The notes: generated by a model not told the origin, from the letters alone. Shown: positions 9,473 to 19,383, numbered from the stretch's first letter. The stretch is 64,000 bases of DNA from a virus (IMGVR_UViG_3300020731_000774:13734-77733); one strand, 5' to 3'. Numbers and translations: made by a program.

Positions 9473-10453
9473 TTAGAATGTTCCGAATTCGGCTTTTATT
9501 AATTCTGCTAATTCAAGTCCTATACGATCTTGTGCTTCTAATGTAGCAGCACCAATATGTGGTGTTACAGCTATTTTAGGATGATATAAAAGATCATTAT
9601 TTGGATTTGGCTCATCTTCAAATACATCTAATGCAGCTGCTGCTACCTGTCCATTTTCTAATGCTACCAATAAATCATCTTCATTTACTACACCACCTCT
9701 AGAGGCATTTACAATTCTAACACCTTTTTTCATTAGATTGAATTCTCGTTCATTAATAACAGAATCACCATTTTCTTGTTTTGGTATATGAACTGAAATA
9801 TAATCACATTTAGGTAGTAATTCATCAATACTAGTAGTTGTTTTAATATTTATACCTACTTGATTAGATACATCCTGTCCTTCAGATGTTGTCCAAGGTA
9901 AGTTTAAATAAACTGTTTCTGTTTTTTCTTCAATATCAACTGCTAATACTCTCATACCCATACCAATAGCATAACTTGCTAACGATTGACCAATTCTACC
10001 AAATCCAATTATACCTAATGTTTTGCCTCTTAATTCTATTCCACTTGCATAATATTTCTTCAAATAGTCAAAATCTTTTTTATTCATCTGTCTAGATGAA
10101 TCATATAATGATCTAGATATGGAAAACATTTGACCAATTACCAATTCCGCTACGGATTGTGAACTAGATGCGGGTGTATTAATTACTTTAATTCCTCTTT
10201 CTCTTGCATATGATACTGATATATTATCCATACCAACACCACCTCTACCGATTAATTTTAGATTAGGACAACCATCAATAATATCTTCTCTTATTTTTGT
10301 TGCACTTCTAACAAGAACTATTTCATAGTTTTCTTCATTAATTTTATTAATAAGATCTTTTTGATCTACTTTTTCAGTTACTACAGTGTAACCAGCATTT
10401 TCTAATGCTAATTTACCTTCATCTGAAATACCATCGTTTGCTAATATTTTCAT
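9473..10453 (-). CDS. serA: D-3-phosphoglycerate / D-2-hydroxyacid dehydrogenase (short form, no ACT domain)
   Basis: VRSATK, GRGGVGMDNI, Rossmann GIIGFGRIG, NASRG, DVFEDEP, TPHIGAAT. Confidence 0.85.
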   Translation of the reverse strand: MKILANDGISDEGKLALENAGYTVVTEKVDQKDLINKINEENYEIVLVRSATKIREDIIDGCPNLKLIGRGGVGMDNISVSYARERGIKVINTPASSSQSVAELVIGQMFSISRSLYDSSRQMNKKDFDYLKKYYASGIELRGKTLGIIGFGRIGQSLASYAIGMGMRVLAVDIEEKTETVYLNLPWTTSEGQDVSNQVGINIKTTTSIDELLPKCDYISVHIPKQENGDSVINEREFNLMKKGVRIVNASRGGVVNEDDLLVALENGQVAAAALDVFEDEPNPNNDLLYHPKIAVTPHIGAATLEAQDRIGLELAELIKAEFGTF

Positions 10454-10478
10454 ATATTTTTTATTTTTTTATTTTAAA

Positions 10479-11129
10479 TTATTCATTATATCTTATTTCA
10501 TTTTCATCAAATATAGATCTCAATTTAAAGTCTCTAATAAATGATTTGAACTTTTCACAAAATGCTTCAATATTTTTATCATTTTCTTTCTCCATTCTAA
10601 CTAACATCTTATTTAAAAAAGTTTCAATTGAATCATTGGTTGTTAAATTGTTTAAATTTTTACCTGGTCCTAAATATGAATTAAATAACTTTAATAGATT
10701 TGTTGAATTTCTAAAAGGTGAATTTTTATCTAGATTGCATTCATTTTCTATTTCAGAATATAATTCTCTAACTGCATTTACTGTTTCTTTATTACCCTCT
10801 AATGAGGAAAATTCTAAACCATTACATTCATGTAATTTGACCCAAAATTTAGCACCCCCTAATTCAACATTATTAGGATAATTTAATTTATCTGCTTTTG
10901 ATTTAACATTTGGTATAGAAAAAGTAATTGAACTAAACTGAGAACTTCCCTTTCTAATATAAATTCTTTCTACTTTAATTAGAGTTCCCTTTGGAATTTC
11001 AACAACTTGTGTGTGTTTTGATATATTTAATTTCTCATGTAGAGTATTTCTATATTCATTATATAAAGTAAATTGCCAATCTTGTTCTAGTTTTAGAATT
11101 GTTCCAATATCTGGTATAAATAGTTCCAT
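10479..11129 (-). CDS. Hypothetical protein
   Basis: 216 aa, in operon between clpP and serA; C-terminal IRDFKLRSIF motif. Confidence 0.65.
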   Translation of the reverse strand: MELFIPDIGTILKLEQDWQFTLYNEYRNTLHEKLNISKHTQVVEIPKGTLIKVERIYIRKGSSQFSSITFSIPNVKSKADKLNYPNNVELGGAKFWVKLHECNGLEFSSLEGNKETVNAVRELYSEIENECNLDKNSPFRNSTNLLKLFNSYLGPGKNLNNLTTNDSIETFLNKMLVRMEKENDKNIEAFCEKFKSFIRDFKLRSIFDENEIRYNE

Positions 11130-11133
11130 ATAA

Positions 11134-11784
11134 TTATTTTCTTTTTTGTATTATTTCATCAATCATTCCATATTTCTTAGCTTCAGTAGCACTCATCCAG
11201 TAATCACGATCACTATCTTTATATACTTTATCATATGTTTGACCAGTATTTTCAGAAATTATATCATATAATTCTTTTTTAAGAGAGTTTATTTCTTTTG
11301 CATCAATTTCTATATCAGATGCTTGTGCATAACTAGCACCAAAACCAAGTGGCTGATGAATCATAGTGCGACTTCTTTTAAGTGCTTTTCTCTTTCCCTT
11401 TGTGCCACCACATAAAAGAACTGCTGCCATAGATGCAGCAAGACCAGTATTAACTGTTATGATATCAGGTTTAACAAATTCCATAACATCAAGTAGTCCC
11501 AAACCGGAATAGACATCACCTCCACCAGAACAAATATAGAGTGTTATATCATTATCATTAAGACTTTCCATATATAATAATTGAGCTTTTATAAGATCAC
11601 ATATATAATCATCAACTTCTCCGGTTAACATAATTATTCTATCGTCTAATAATTTACTAAAAACATCTGTTGGGTGTAAAGTTGGTTCAAAAATACCACT
11701 TGTATTTTTTTTATAATAATTTATATAACTGCTGTTTATTTTTTTACTTTTTGCAAATTTTTCAAAATCAGTTGAATTATCCAT
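11134..11784 (-). CDS. clpP: ATP-dependent Clp protease proteolytic subunit
   Basis: DVFSKLLDDRII, AASM (Ser), MIHQP (His), DRDYWM (Asp): intact triad. Confidence 0.92.
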   Translation of the reverse strand: MDNSTDFEKFAKSKKINSSYINYYKKNTSGIFEPTLHPTDVFSKLLDDRIIMLTGEVDDYICDLIKAQLLYMESLNDNDITLYICSGGGDVYSGLGLLDVMEFVKPDIITVNTGLAASMAAVLLCGGTKGKRKALKRSRTMIHQPLGFGASYAQASDIEIDAKEINSLKKELYDIISENTGQTYDKVYKDSDRDYWMSATEAKKYGMIDEIIQKRK

Positions 11785-11879
11785 TAATTTATTTTTTTCT
11801 TTTTTATCTATAAATAATATAAAAGTTTAATTAAATATAGTTTTGAAAATTAATATATACTAAAAAATAAAATAATAAT

Positions 11880-12155
11880 ATGAAAACAACTGTAGAAATT
11901 AATGGATACTTTATTGATATTGAAGAAAAGGATGGAGTTATCTCTGTAACTGCAACTAAAGATGAAGAAGTTGTAGAAGAATTCTCAATTGATACTGAAG
12001 AAGGTCAAGAAGATGAAGAAGGTCAAGACGAAGATGCTCAATCATTTGATAAATTTGATAAAGAGGAAGAGGAAGAGGATTTTGAAGATGAAGATGAAGA
12101 AGATGAAGAAGGTAAATTAGAATCTTTTCAATCTTTTATCAATAAAAAGAAATAA
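11880..12155 (+). CDS. Highly acidic small late protein
   Basis: D/E-rich, ends KLESFQSFINKKK; TAATATATA upstream. Confidence 0.65.
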   Translation: MKTTVEINGYFIDIEEKDGVISVTATKDEEVVEEFSIDTEEGQEDEEGQDEDAQSFDKFDKEEEEEDFEDEDEEDEEGKLESFQSFINKKK

Positions 12156-12169
12156 TTAATTATTTTTTG

Positions 12170-12177
12170 TATATTTG
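12170..12177 (+). promoter_or_regulatory. Bacteroidota-type -7 promoter element TATATTTG
   Basis: Matches TAnnTTTG, 25 nt upstream of the 12203 ATG. Confidence 0.5.
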
Positions 12178-12202
12178 CAAATAAATATAAATAAATTGGT
12201 TT

Positions 12203-13318
12203 ATGAGTGATAAAAATGGATTAACTAAATCCAATGATAGTTTAAATAATAAGGATGTAATGTTTTATTATTCATTTGATTGGGATAATAATATTCTTGA
12301 TATGCCTACTAAAATCCATATGGAACACCTAATTGATGGTGATTGGATGCCTGAGGATGTGTCTACATCAGATTTTGCTATTGTTAGGTCAGATAATGAG
12401 AATTGGAGATTATTAAATAATGATCCAGCATCAGCTTTTTCAGAATTTAGAGATAATGGACCAAGGGGTGAAGATGCTTTTTTAGATGATGTTAAGATTG
12501 CTATATCTGAAAAAAAATTCGCACCATCTTGGGATGATTTTATAGAGTGTATTATAAATGGATCTGTATTTTCTATAATAACTGCACGTGGTCATGAACC
12601 TAGACCAATGAGAAAAGGAGTTGAATATATTATTGATAATATCTTAACTAATGATCAAAAAGATGAGATGTATAATCATCTATTAAAATTTGTATACCTT
12701 TTTAATGGGGATGGTATAGATACGATACCAAGATTTCTTGATACAAATACACCATCTAAGAATAAATTAGTAATTAACTATTTAGATAATTGTGATTTTA
12801 TTGGGGTTTCTGCTCCATCAAGAGGTGGTAATGCGAGTAATCCAGAAGAGGCTAAGGAGATGGCTCTTTTAGATTTCAAATCTAAAATTGATAAGTTTGC
12901 TAAAAATATTGGATTAAAAGCCAGAATTGGTTTTTCGGATGATGATTTAAAAAATGTTAAACACATTGAGTATTTAATGAATAATATAAATCATGAACGT
13001 TTTCCTAATATAGTAGAATTTGTAGTTAAAAATACAAATAATCCAAAAAATGTAACTAAATCTTCTAGAAAATTTGAAGGTATTAAAAAATATAAAGAAT
13101 TTAGAGAAAGTCAAGATCCTATGCAAACATCTACTATGTCTATGCAAACACCAAATGCTGCAATGTCTGGTGATATGAATAGTCAAGAGCCATTCATAGC
13201 AAGGATGATTGGGCAAACAAAACTTTTAACAAAATTATCAAATAATGCTGTTAAAAAAAAGAAAAAAATTAAAAAAATAATAACTAAAGATGATATTACA
13301 AATCCACCTAAAATATAG
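12203..13318 (+). CDS. HAD-superfamily hydrolase-like protein
   Basis: FDWDNNI (DxD motif I), IITARGH (motif II), GFSDDD (motif IV). Confidence 0.65.
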   Translation: MSDKNGLTKSNDSLNNKDVMFYYSFDWDNNILDMPTKIHMEHLIDGDWMPEDVSTSDFAIVRSDNENWRLLNNDPASAFSEFRDNGPRGEDAFLDDVKIAISEKKFAPSWDDFIECIINGSVFSIITARGHEPRPMRKGVEYIIDNILTNDQKDEMYNHLLKFVYLFNGDGIDTIPRFLDTNTPSKNKLVINYLDNCDFIGVSAPSRGGNASNPEEAKEMALLDFKSKIDKFAKNIGLKARIGFSDDDLKNVKHIEYLMNNINHERFPNIVEFVVKNTNNPKNVTKSSRKFEGIKKYKEFRESQDPMQTSTMSMQTPNAAMSGDMNSQEPFIARMIGQTKLLTKLSNNAVKKKKKIKKIITKDDITNPPKI

Positions 13319-13331
13319 GTGGATTTTTTTT
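13300..13331 (+). terminator. Intrinsic terminator
   Basis: AAATCCACCTA-AAATA-TAGGTGGATTT plus T-tract. Confidence 0.75.
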
Positions 13332-13372
13332 GAATATCAAAACTTATATAAAAATAAACATATATTATATAT

Positions 13373-14563
13373 ATGGATAAGGAATATATAAAAGGTTTAA
13401 TACAAAAAATACTAAATAAAGAATTTTCATCTTCTACTAGAAGACGTATTAATGATTTTAATGATAGATTTAATTTTTGTGCACCTTGTTGTGGTGATTC
13501 TCACAAAAATGAACATAAAAAAAGGGGTAATCTATATCTTAATAAATTGAGATACATTTGTTTCAATTGTGGTGCATCTATGACACTTGATAAACTATGT
13601 AAAAAATTTAATGAACAAGTAGATCCTGATAAAAAATTAGAAATGATAGAACACTTAAATAGTGTTGTCACTTATTCAGATTATGAAAATGATATGTCCG
13701 ATGCTAAATTAGAAAATCTAATTGATTTATCAGAACTTGAAAGAGTTTTCTCTAATAATTTAACACCCATATCAGATTTTAAACCAATACAATTAAATGG
13801 TGGTGTATATAAATACTTATTAAATAGAGGTATTGGTCCAGAATTACATGAAAATATTTATCAAGGTAAATATTGGAAAAATGAAGATGAATCAGAATGG
13901 ATAATAATAATGTTAAATAGGAGAGATGATAAAGTATTAGGTATGCAAATTCGTAATCTTAAAGAAGGTAAACGAAGAATGTTCAAAATATATAATTATG
14001 AAAATTTACATGAATGGGTCAGTATTGGAAAAGATGAACCTGATATTGATATAAATGAATTAGTTCTTTATAATAAATTGTCATATTATTTTAACATACT
14101 TAATGTTAACTTAGGTGATGTTATTACAGTTTTTGAAGGATATATAGATTCTATGTTTTATCCCAATTCGATTGGTTTAGTTGGAGTTAATACTGATAAT
14201 ACATTACTTGAGAATAATGGTCTAGATATAAGATATTTTTATGATAATGATGATGCAGGTTTTAAAAAATCCGAGCAAAAAATAAAAGCTGGTTATCCTG
14301 TTTTTCTATGGAAAAAATTATTCCAAGATATAGTGGATAAAAAGAAAACAGATGATCCTGATCGTTTATTACATAGGATAAGTAAAGTCAAGGATATGAA
14401 CAAATTAGCACAACTAGTAGAAGATCCATATAATAAATTAGGACTAGATGATTTTTTCAGTAAAGATGAATATGATTTGAAATGGATACCAAAAGTTGTA
14501 AGAGTTAATAAAATACAAGAAGTTGACTATAATAAAAAATTTAAATTTTTTGATTCTTTCTAA
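13373..14563 (+). CDS. DNA primase, T4 gp61-like
   Basis: Zn ribbon CCGDS..KKRG..CFNCG, YLLNRGI, TOPRIM VFEGYIDS and YFYDNDDAG, KDMN. Confidence 0.85.
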   Translation: MDKEYIKGLIQKILNKEFSSSTRRRINDFNDRFNFCAPCCGDSHKNEHKKRGNLYLNKLRYICFNCGASMTLDKLCKKFNEQVDPDKKLEMIEHLNSVVTYSDYENDMSDAKLENLIDLSELERVFSNNLTPISDFKPIQLNGGVYKYLLNRGIGPELHENIYQGKYWKNEDESEWIIIMLNRRDDKVLGMQIRNLKEGKRRMFKIYNYENLHEWVSIGKDEPDIDINELVLYNKLSYYFNILNVNLGDVITVFEGYIDSMFYPNSIGLVGVNTDNTLLENNGLDIRYFYDNDDAGFKKSEQKIKAGYPVFLWKKLFQDIVDKKKTDDPDRLLHRISKVKDMNKLAQLVEDPYNKLGLDDFFSKDEYDLKWIPKVVRVNKIQEVDYNKKFKFFDSF

Positions 14564-14606
14564 AATAGAATGTCATTTTATTTATATATAAAAATAAAAT
14601 GAAATT

Positions 14607-14963
14607 ATGAAAAATAAATTAATTGATAATATCAAGTGGTTTTTCACTGAGATAATGAATATTTACTCTAATAAAGAATCTTTTTTCTCTAAAAAAAGAA
14701 TTGAATCTGGAATTGGATTTATAATTGCTGAATGGGGTATGATATTCTTTTTGGTTAAAAAAATAGATGTTTTAGATGCTTATGGATTTGGTTTATGGGC
14801 ATCTATACAATTTTTTATAGCTGGTTATATTATTAAACAAATCCAAAAGGAGAAAAGTGATAATCAAAATATATCTGATATATCTACTTCTGATTCTTCA
14901 AATGAAACAACTAATCCCGAAACAACTAATACTGATGGAACATCAACAGATGTACAAAAATAA
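14607..14963 (+). CDS. Small membrane protein (holin-like candidate)
   Basis: Two hydrophobic segments after SKKRIES; late-type motif upstream. Confidence 0.45.
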   Translation: MKNKLIDNIKWFFTEIMNIYSNKESFFSKKRIESGIGFIIAEWGMIFFLVKKIDVLDAYGFGLWASIQFFIAGYIIKQIQKEKSDNQNISDISTSDSSNETTNPETTNTDGTSTDVQK

Positions 14964-14995
14964 AAAAAATCCACTCAAATGAGTGGATTTTTTTT
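14962..14995. terminator. Bidirectional intrinsic terminator
   Basis: A8-TCCACTCA-AA-TGAGTGGA-T8. Confidence 0.85.
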
Positions 14996-15395
14996 ATTTA
15001 CCAAATTTTCTTGTAGTTTTATAAGATTTACTCTCATTATACTTTTTTTCAATATTTACATACTTAATAACAGCATAAACATCATTAGTTTTTAGGTCAA
15101 CACCATCTACAACATAATTACCAGTCTCTGATGGTTGTTCTATTTCATAACCTTTATATGTAAGAATATTATTATGTAATTCAGAACCCTCTAATTTATC
15201 ATGTAAATATGATAAACCATCTTTATATCCAGCTAATGGATCATCTTGCACTGAAGGTCTCTCAGTTGGTATAACTGATGGTCTCATCGGTCTAGCTGGT
15301 TTAGGTGTAATTGTTGGTGCAGGTGTTGTTGTTGGTGCAGGTTTAGATTCAGAACCATATACAAACTCTTCATATTTTTTAACTATTTTTCCCAT
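14994..15395 (-). CDS. Hypothetical late protein, Pro/Thr-rich linker
   Basis: MGKIVKKYEEF N-terminal motif; late motif upstream. Confidence 0.6.
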   Translation of the reverse strand: MGKIVKKYEEFVYGSESKPAPTTTPAPTITPKPARPMRPSVIPTERPSVQDDPLAGYKDGLSYLHDKLEGSELHNNILTYKGYEIEQPSETGNYVVDGVDLKTNDVYAVIKYVNIEKKYNESKSYKTTRKFGK

Positions 15396-15428
15396 TGTTT
15401 TAGTTTATTTTTACTTATATATTAATAT

Positions 15429-15914
15429 CTATTTTTGTCTTTCTTGTATTTCATTAACAACAAAATCAAAAAATATATCTAACTCATACTCCAATCCCTC
15501 ACAAAAATCATATAAATCATATTTTTCATTCTTTATGAAAAATTCAGGTATTATAAATCCATCATTTAATAACACAATCTTACCCACCATTCTACCTGGT
15601 ATTCTTCTACCACTTGATAATTTTAAATCAGGGCAATATATAATACCAATATAGTGTGTTTCAATTTCAGATGTCTTTTTATTCCTTTTAACTTCCTTAT
15701 TTATGTATTCAAATTTAAATATCCCAAGATCATCTATAAAAGTCCTATCCGCCTCATCTTTTAATAAAATTTTAAGATACTCTAATTCTTCACCATTCTT
15801 AAAAGAATCTAAAAAATCAATTTCTAATTTACTTAGTGCTGAAATACCATGTTTAGATATCTTATCTAATAAACCATCCACCCTTTTCTGAATACCATAA
15901 TCATTATCTTCCAT
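15429..15914 (-). CDS. Hypothetical protein with N-terminal DUF6576-like motif
   Basis: VDGLLDKISKHGISALSKLEIDFL. Confidence 0.6.
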   Translation of the reverse strand: MEDNDYGIQKRVDGLLDKISKHGISALSKLEIDFLDSFKNGEELEYLKILLKDEADRTFIDDLGIFKFEYINKEVKRNKKTSEIETHYIGIIYCPDLKLSSGRRIPGRMVGKIVLLNDGFIIPEFFIKNEKYDLYDFCEGLEYELDIFFDFVVNEIQERQK

Positions 15915-15961
15915 AAGATATTTAATACTTTATAGTATATATTAATATTAGAATTAATATT

Positions 15962-16291
15962 TTATACAATTACTTTCCAGTTATTGAAATATGGTTCTTT
16001 ATCTAATAACCTATCTCTTACTGTTTTATAGACTAAGTCCAAATCACCAGAAGTTTGATAAATTGATATAAAATTATTGTTTATTTCACTAGGATTGAAA
16101 TCATTATATATATTGTTTAATATATTGTTTATTTTATTATCCCTTTCCCACTTCTTAACTTCAGTTGACCAACTATCAATAAAGAATATAAGAAAATCCT
16201 CAGTAGTATGATCTCTAATCATGTCAAAGTCTATCCCATCATAGAACCGAATAATAGATGTTGTAATATTTATCTCCTCAATTAATCTCAT
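15962..16291 (-). CDS. Hypothetical protein
   Basis: 109 aa; internal ERDNKINNIL motif. Confidence 0.6.
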   Translation of the reverse strand: MRLIEEINITTSIIRFYDGIDFDMIRDHTTEDFLIFFIDSWSTEVKKWERDNKINNILNNIYNDFNPSEINNNFISIYQTSGDLDLVYKTVRDRLLDKEPYFNNWKVIV

Positions 16292-16306
16292 AAAATAAAA
16301 TAAAAT

Positions 16307-16338
16307 AAAAATGATGTAGATTTTCTACATCATTTTTT
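16307..16338 (-). terminator. Intrinsic terminator after polB
   Basis: AAAAATGATGTAGA-TTT-TCTACATCATTTTT. Confidence 0.7.
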
Positions 16339-17805
16339 AGAAACCTTTCCAAATCCACCAAATATATCCTGTATAACTGATAATCTTTCTGTAATTTCTG
16401 GCATACCCAATGGTTCAATAATTGTATTGATTGGTGATAAAATAGATTTAGCAAATTGTATATCATAATCTATTTCAGGTGCTACCTCAATAGGTAATGA
16501 TCCCCTAATATAGGCAAATATATCACCATTTTTCTTATTCTTACAATAATAATACTTAATCTTTGTCCCAGACTTAATAAATTCATATCGTGTTTGTAAC
16601 TCCTTATTCTGTTTCAATAAATAATTATGATATGCACTTGCTTTAACTGCAAAGTGAGCACCATTAACAAACTTTAATGGCAATGAATTATCATCAATTA
16701 CCTTAGTATCATAATTAGAACAAGATGATTGCATTGAAATATCATCAATATCAGCTAACTCAAATTCCTTTCTAAGATTCTTAACCAATTTTAATAAGTC
16801 CTTTATGTTAAAGGTATCAGAATTCTCAAATAAATATTTAACAATTGTGATAATCTTTTCCCTTGCAAATAAAGGTGTGGAAGATCTTACCAATTCAACT
16901 CCCTTTGGAAATAAATATGTTAACCTATCGTAATTTATACCATCCTCAAATGAAACATGTTGAATATATTTCTTTTTTGCCAAACTGATAACCGATTCTG
17001 ATATACGTTCTAACTCAAAATCTTGTCTGTTCTCAACACCATATAAATCACCATAATCTACTAAACACTTTTTAAAATATCCACCATATCTGAAATGGTC
17101 TATACCTTGGATATAATCCAATTCTTTACACCAATTCCATTTAGGTTTAACCGTTAATGCACCATTATTTATTAAATCATTTAAACCATAATCCTTAACA
17201 AATACACCATCAATTAAAACCAAATCATATTCTAATGTTAATAACTTCTCAAATTCATCAACAGTTTTAGAAATACCTAAACAATTTGGATTATTAAAAC
17301 TTGGAAGTTCATTTGATAAAATGATAAATTTCTTACCAATGGAATTTAACATATTCGTGTTGAATATTAAATTCTTCCATTCTGAATGTCGAATTGCTGG
17401 TTCAAATGACACAAAAAGAGAATCTGTGTCCGCGTAAATACTTACATTTTCATCCTCATTAATTTTACTAACATTTTTTATACATAAATTCTTATGTAAT
17501 TCAACATCTAGATGCCATTGATTGTGCCAATAATCTTTATTAACCTTATCCATTGTTTGTGTAAGCTGCCTACCTTGTGCAGTTATACTTCCAGCAACCG
17601 CATTATTATATAATACGAAGTAGGAAGCTGCCATCGCTCCGTAAGAACCGTTCAATACTAATTTTAGTCTTTTACCCCCAATACATTGTATTGGGGGCTA
17701 CAAAAGAGCGAGCTGAAGGGCATTGTAATAGTCTGCCTCCTTCTTTAGCTCGCTCGCTTGTTTTTTTAAAGACTCGATCTTTAATTTTTTTTCTTCTCTA
17801 GTCAT
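16330..17805 (-). CDS. Family B DNA polymerase, C-terminal subunit of a split enzyme (gp43B-like), with a 39-nt stop-containing insert in motif B
   Basis: ATG 17805 reads MTREEKKLKIESLKKQASELKKEADYYNALQLAL[L*PPIQCIGGKRL]KLVLNGSYG; then ITAQGR, YADTDS, KKKY, KGVELVRSSTP; about 478 aa if the insert is skipped. Confidence 0.88.
17665..17755 (-). other. Candidate ribosomal bypass element: 5' stem-loop, UAG, 10-bp GC hairpin
   Basis: GAGCGAGCU/AGCUCGCUC stem (17706-17755), TAG at 17698-17700, CCCCCAAUAC-AAU-GUAUUGGGGG (17675-17697). Confidence 0.65.
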
Positions 17806-17810
17806 ATATA

Positions 17811-17837
17811 TTATATCAGAAATAATCAAATTAGTTT
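17811..17837 (-). promoter_or_regulatory. Putative middle promoter AAAC-N17-ATATAA (polB)
   Basis: Exact motif 5 nt upstream of ATG 17805, which supports that start. Confidence 0.55.
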
Positions 17838-17886
17838 TAAAGGGGGAGTATATTATTTTATATATAATTAAAATAGTATAAACGAT

Positions 17887-19005
17887 ATGATTAAAGAATA
17901 TAAGATTTTAATGAAGATAAATTATAGAAATGTATCACATTTTAGAAATTTAGGATATGAAATAGAAAATGGTGTTAAGGAAATGTATATTTCAGTTTGT
18001 GATTTGTTCCAGGGCTCAAATGTTAAGGTAACTGCGGTATGTGAAATATGTAGTTCTGAAAATATAATAAATTATAGTAAGTATTTAGTTAATTTTAATA
18101 GGAATGGTAAAAACTATTATTCTTGTTTTAAATGTAAAAATATTGAGAAAGAGAAAACATGTATGGAAAAATATGGTGTTAAATCATATTCAATGACAGA
18201 TGAATTTAGAGAAACAGAAAGTTTAAAATGGAAAGGCATTAAGAAAGGTGGTGATAAGGGTGAGAAAACTATGTTAGAGAGATATGGTGTAAGATCTTAT
18301 TTTGAAACGCAGGAAAGTAAGGACTATAATAGAAAGTGGATGTCATCTGATGAGTTTAGAAATAAAAGTAAGGATACATTGATAGAGAAATATGGAGTAG
18401 ATTCATATTCAAAAACTGATGAATTTAAAAATAGAATGGCCGAACAAAATGAAGTTTCAAAGGAAAAGTCAAAATCTACATTTTTGGAGAGATATGGTGT
18501 TGAGTGGTATACTCAATGTGAGGAATATAGGAATACTTGTATTGAAAAGAAAGATGAGACTATCTTAAAAAATAAGGAAACATGTATGGAAAGATATGGA
18601 GTTGATAATGTTAGTAAAGTTCCTGAAGTACAACAATCTATGAAAAATACTAAAATAGAAAGAGGATCTATACTACCTGATCATTTATTAAGTGAGTGGG
18701 AAATATATAAAAAGAATGTTAGACGAATAACTAATAAATTTGAAAAAGAATTATATGAAAACTGGGATGGAATTGATCATTATGATGGTGAGAATATAAA
18801 GGGATATTTTTCACATACTCATACACATCGTTTCTATCCGACAATAGATCATAAAAATTCAGTTTATTATGGATTTTTAAATAACATTGATCCAAGTGAA
18901 ATTGGTTCTATTGAAAATTTATGTATAACTAAAAGATATATAAATTCTACCAAATCCAGGATGATAGAGAAAGAATTCTTAGAAAAGTTAAAAAACCAAT
19001 CCTAA
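17887..19005 (+). mobile_element. Free-standing HNH endonuclease, divergent from polB
   Basis: CEIC/CFKC Zn motif, five (K/R)YGV repeats, C-terminal TIDHK..ENLCIT..INSTK HNH/HNN core. Confidence 0.75.
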
Positions 19006-19011
19006 TTCTGA

Positions 19012-19383
19012 TCATAAAACCACATTAGTATCACTATCCAACCCATTTTCATTGGTAAATTGGTTTTCATCCACATTTTCATTTATAATTAGTTTATCGT
19101 CTTTTATAATTTTACTAGGTCTTTTATAGTCTTTCATAACCTTAACTGGTTTTTCAATTATTATAATTTTTCTTCTATTTAATGAATTTATTATGGAATC
19201 TTTTTCTAGTATTTCGTATTGTAGTATTTCGTTATCTGTGATTAGTTCGTTATTGTCTTTATTCATATTATTCATAACATATAATAGTGATATTATCACT
19301 AGAATAAGCACATATGGAAATCTTGAATTTCTCACATTATTTCTATAATATGTTCGTCTATTATTCATATTCACTTTCATCAA
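19012..19383 (-). CDS. Hypothetical membrane-anchored protein
   Basis: One hydrophobic segment (YVLILVIISLLYVM) then coiled coil; start may be 19368. Confidence 0.5.
   Translation of the reverse strand: MMKVNMNNRRTYYRNNVRNSRFPYVLILVIISLLYVMNNMNKDNNELITDNEILQYEILEKDSIINSLNRRKIIIIEKPVKVMKDYKRPSKIIKDDKLIINENVDENQFTNENGLDSDTNVVL

Noticed and set aside
17577-17655. ORF-track start MNGSYG (TTG 17655) for polB, and the + strand ORF 17577-17801
   Set aside because: A TTG start would delete the essential motif B lysine; promoter and ATG are at 17805. The + ORF is the antisense shadow.
17698-17700. Genome-wide TAG (or TGA) reassignment explaining the internal stops
   Set aside because: TAG and TGA end normal genes at terminators or overlaps (13318, 21992, 29442, 24835). 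Long ORFs are intact in code 11. Readthrough would put 13 residues into PolB motif B and would not fix the uvsW frame.
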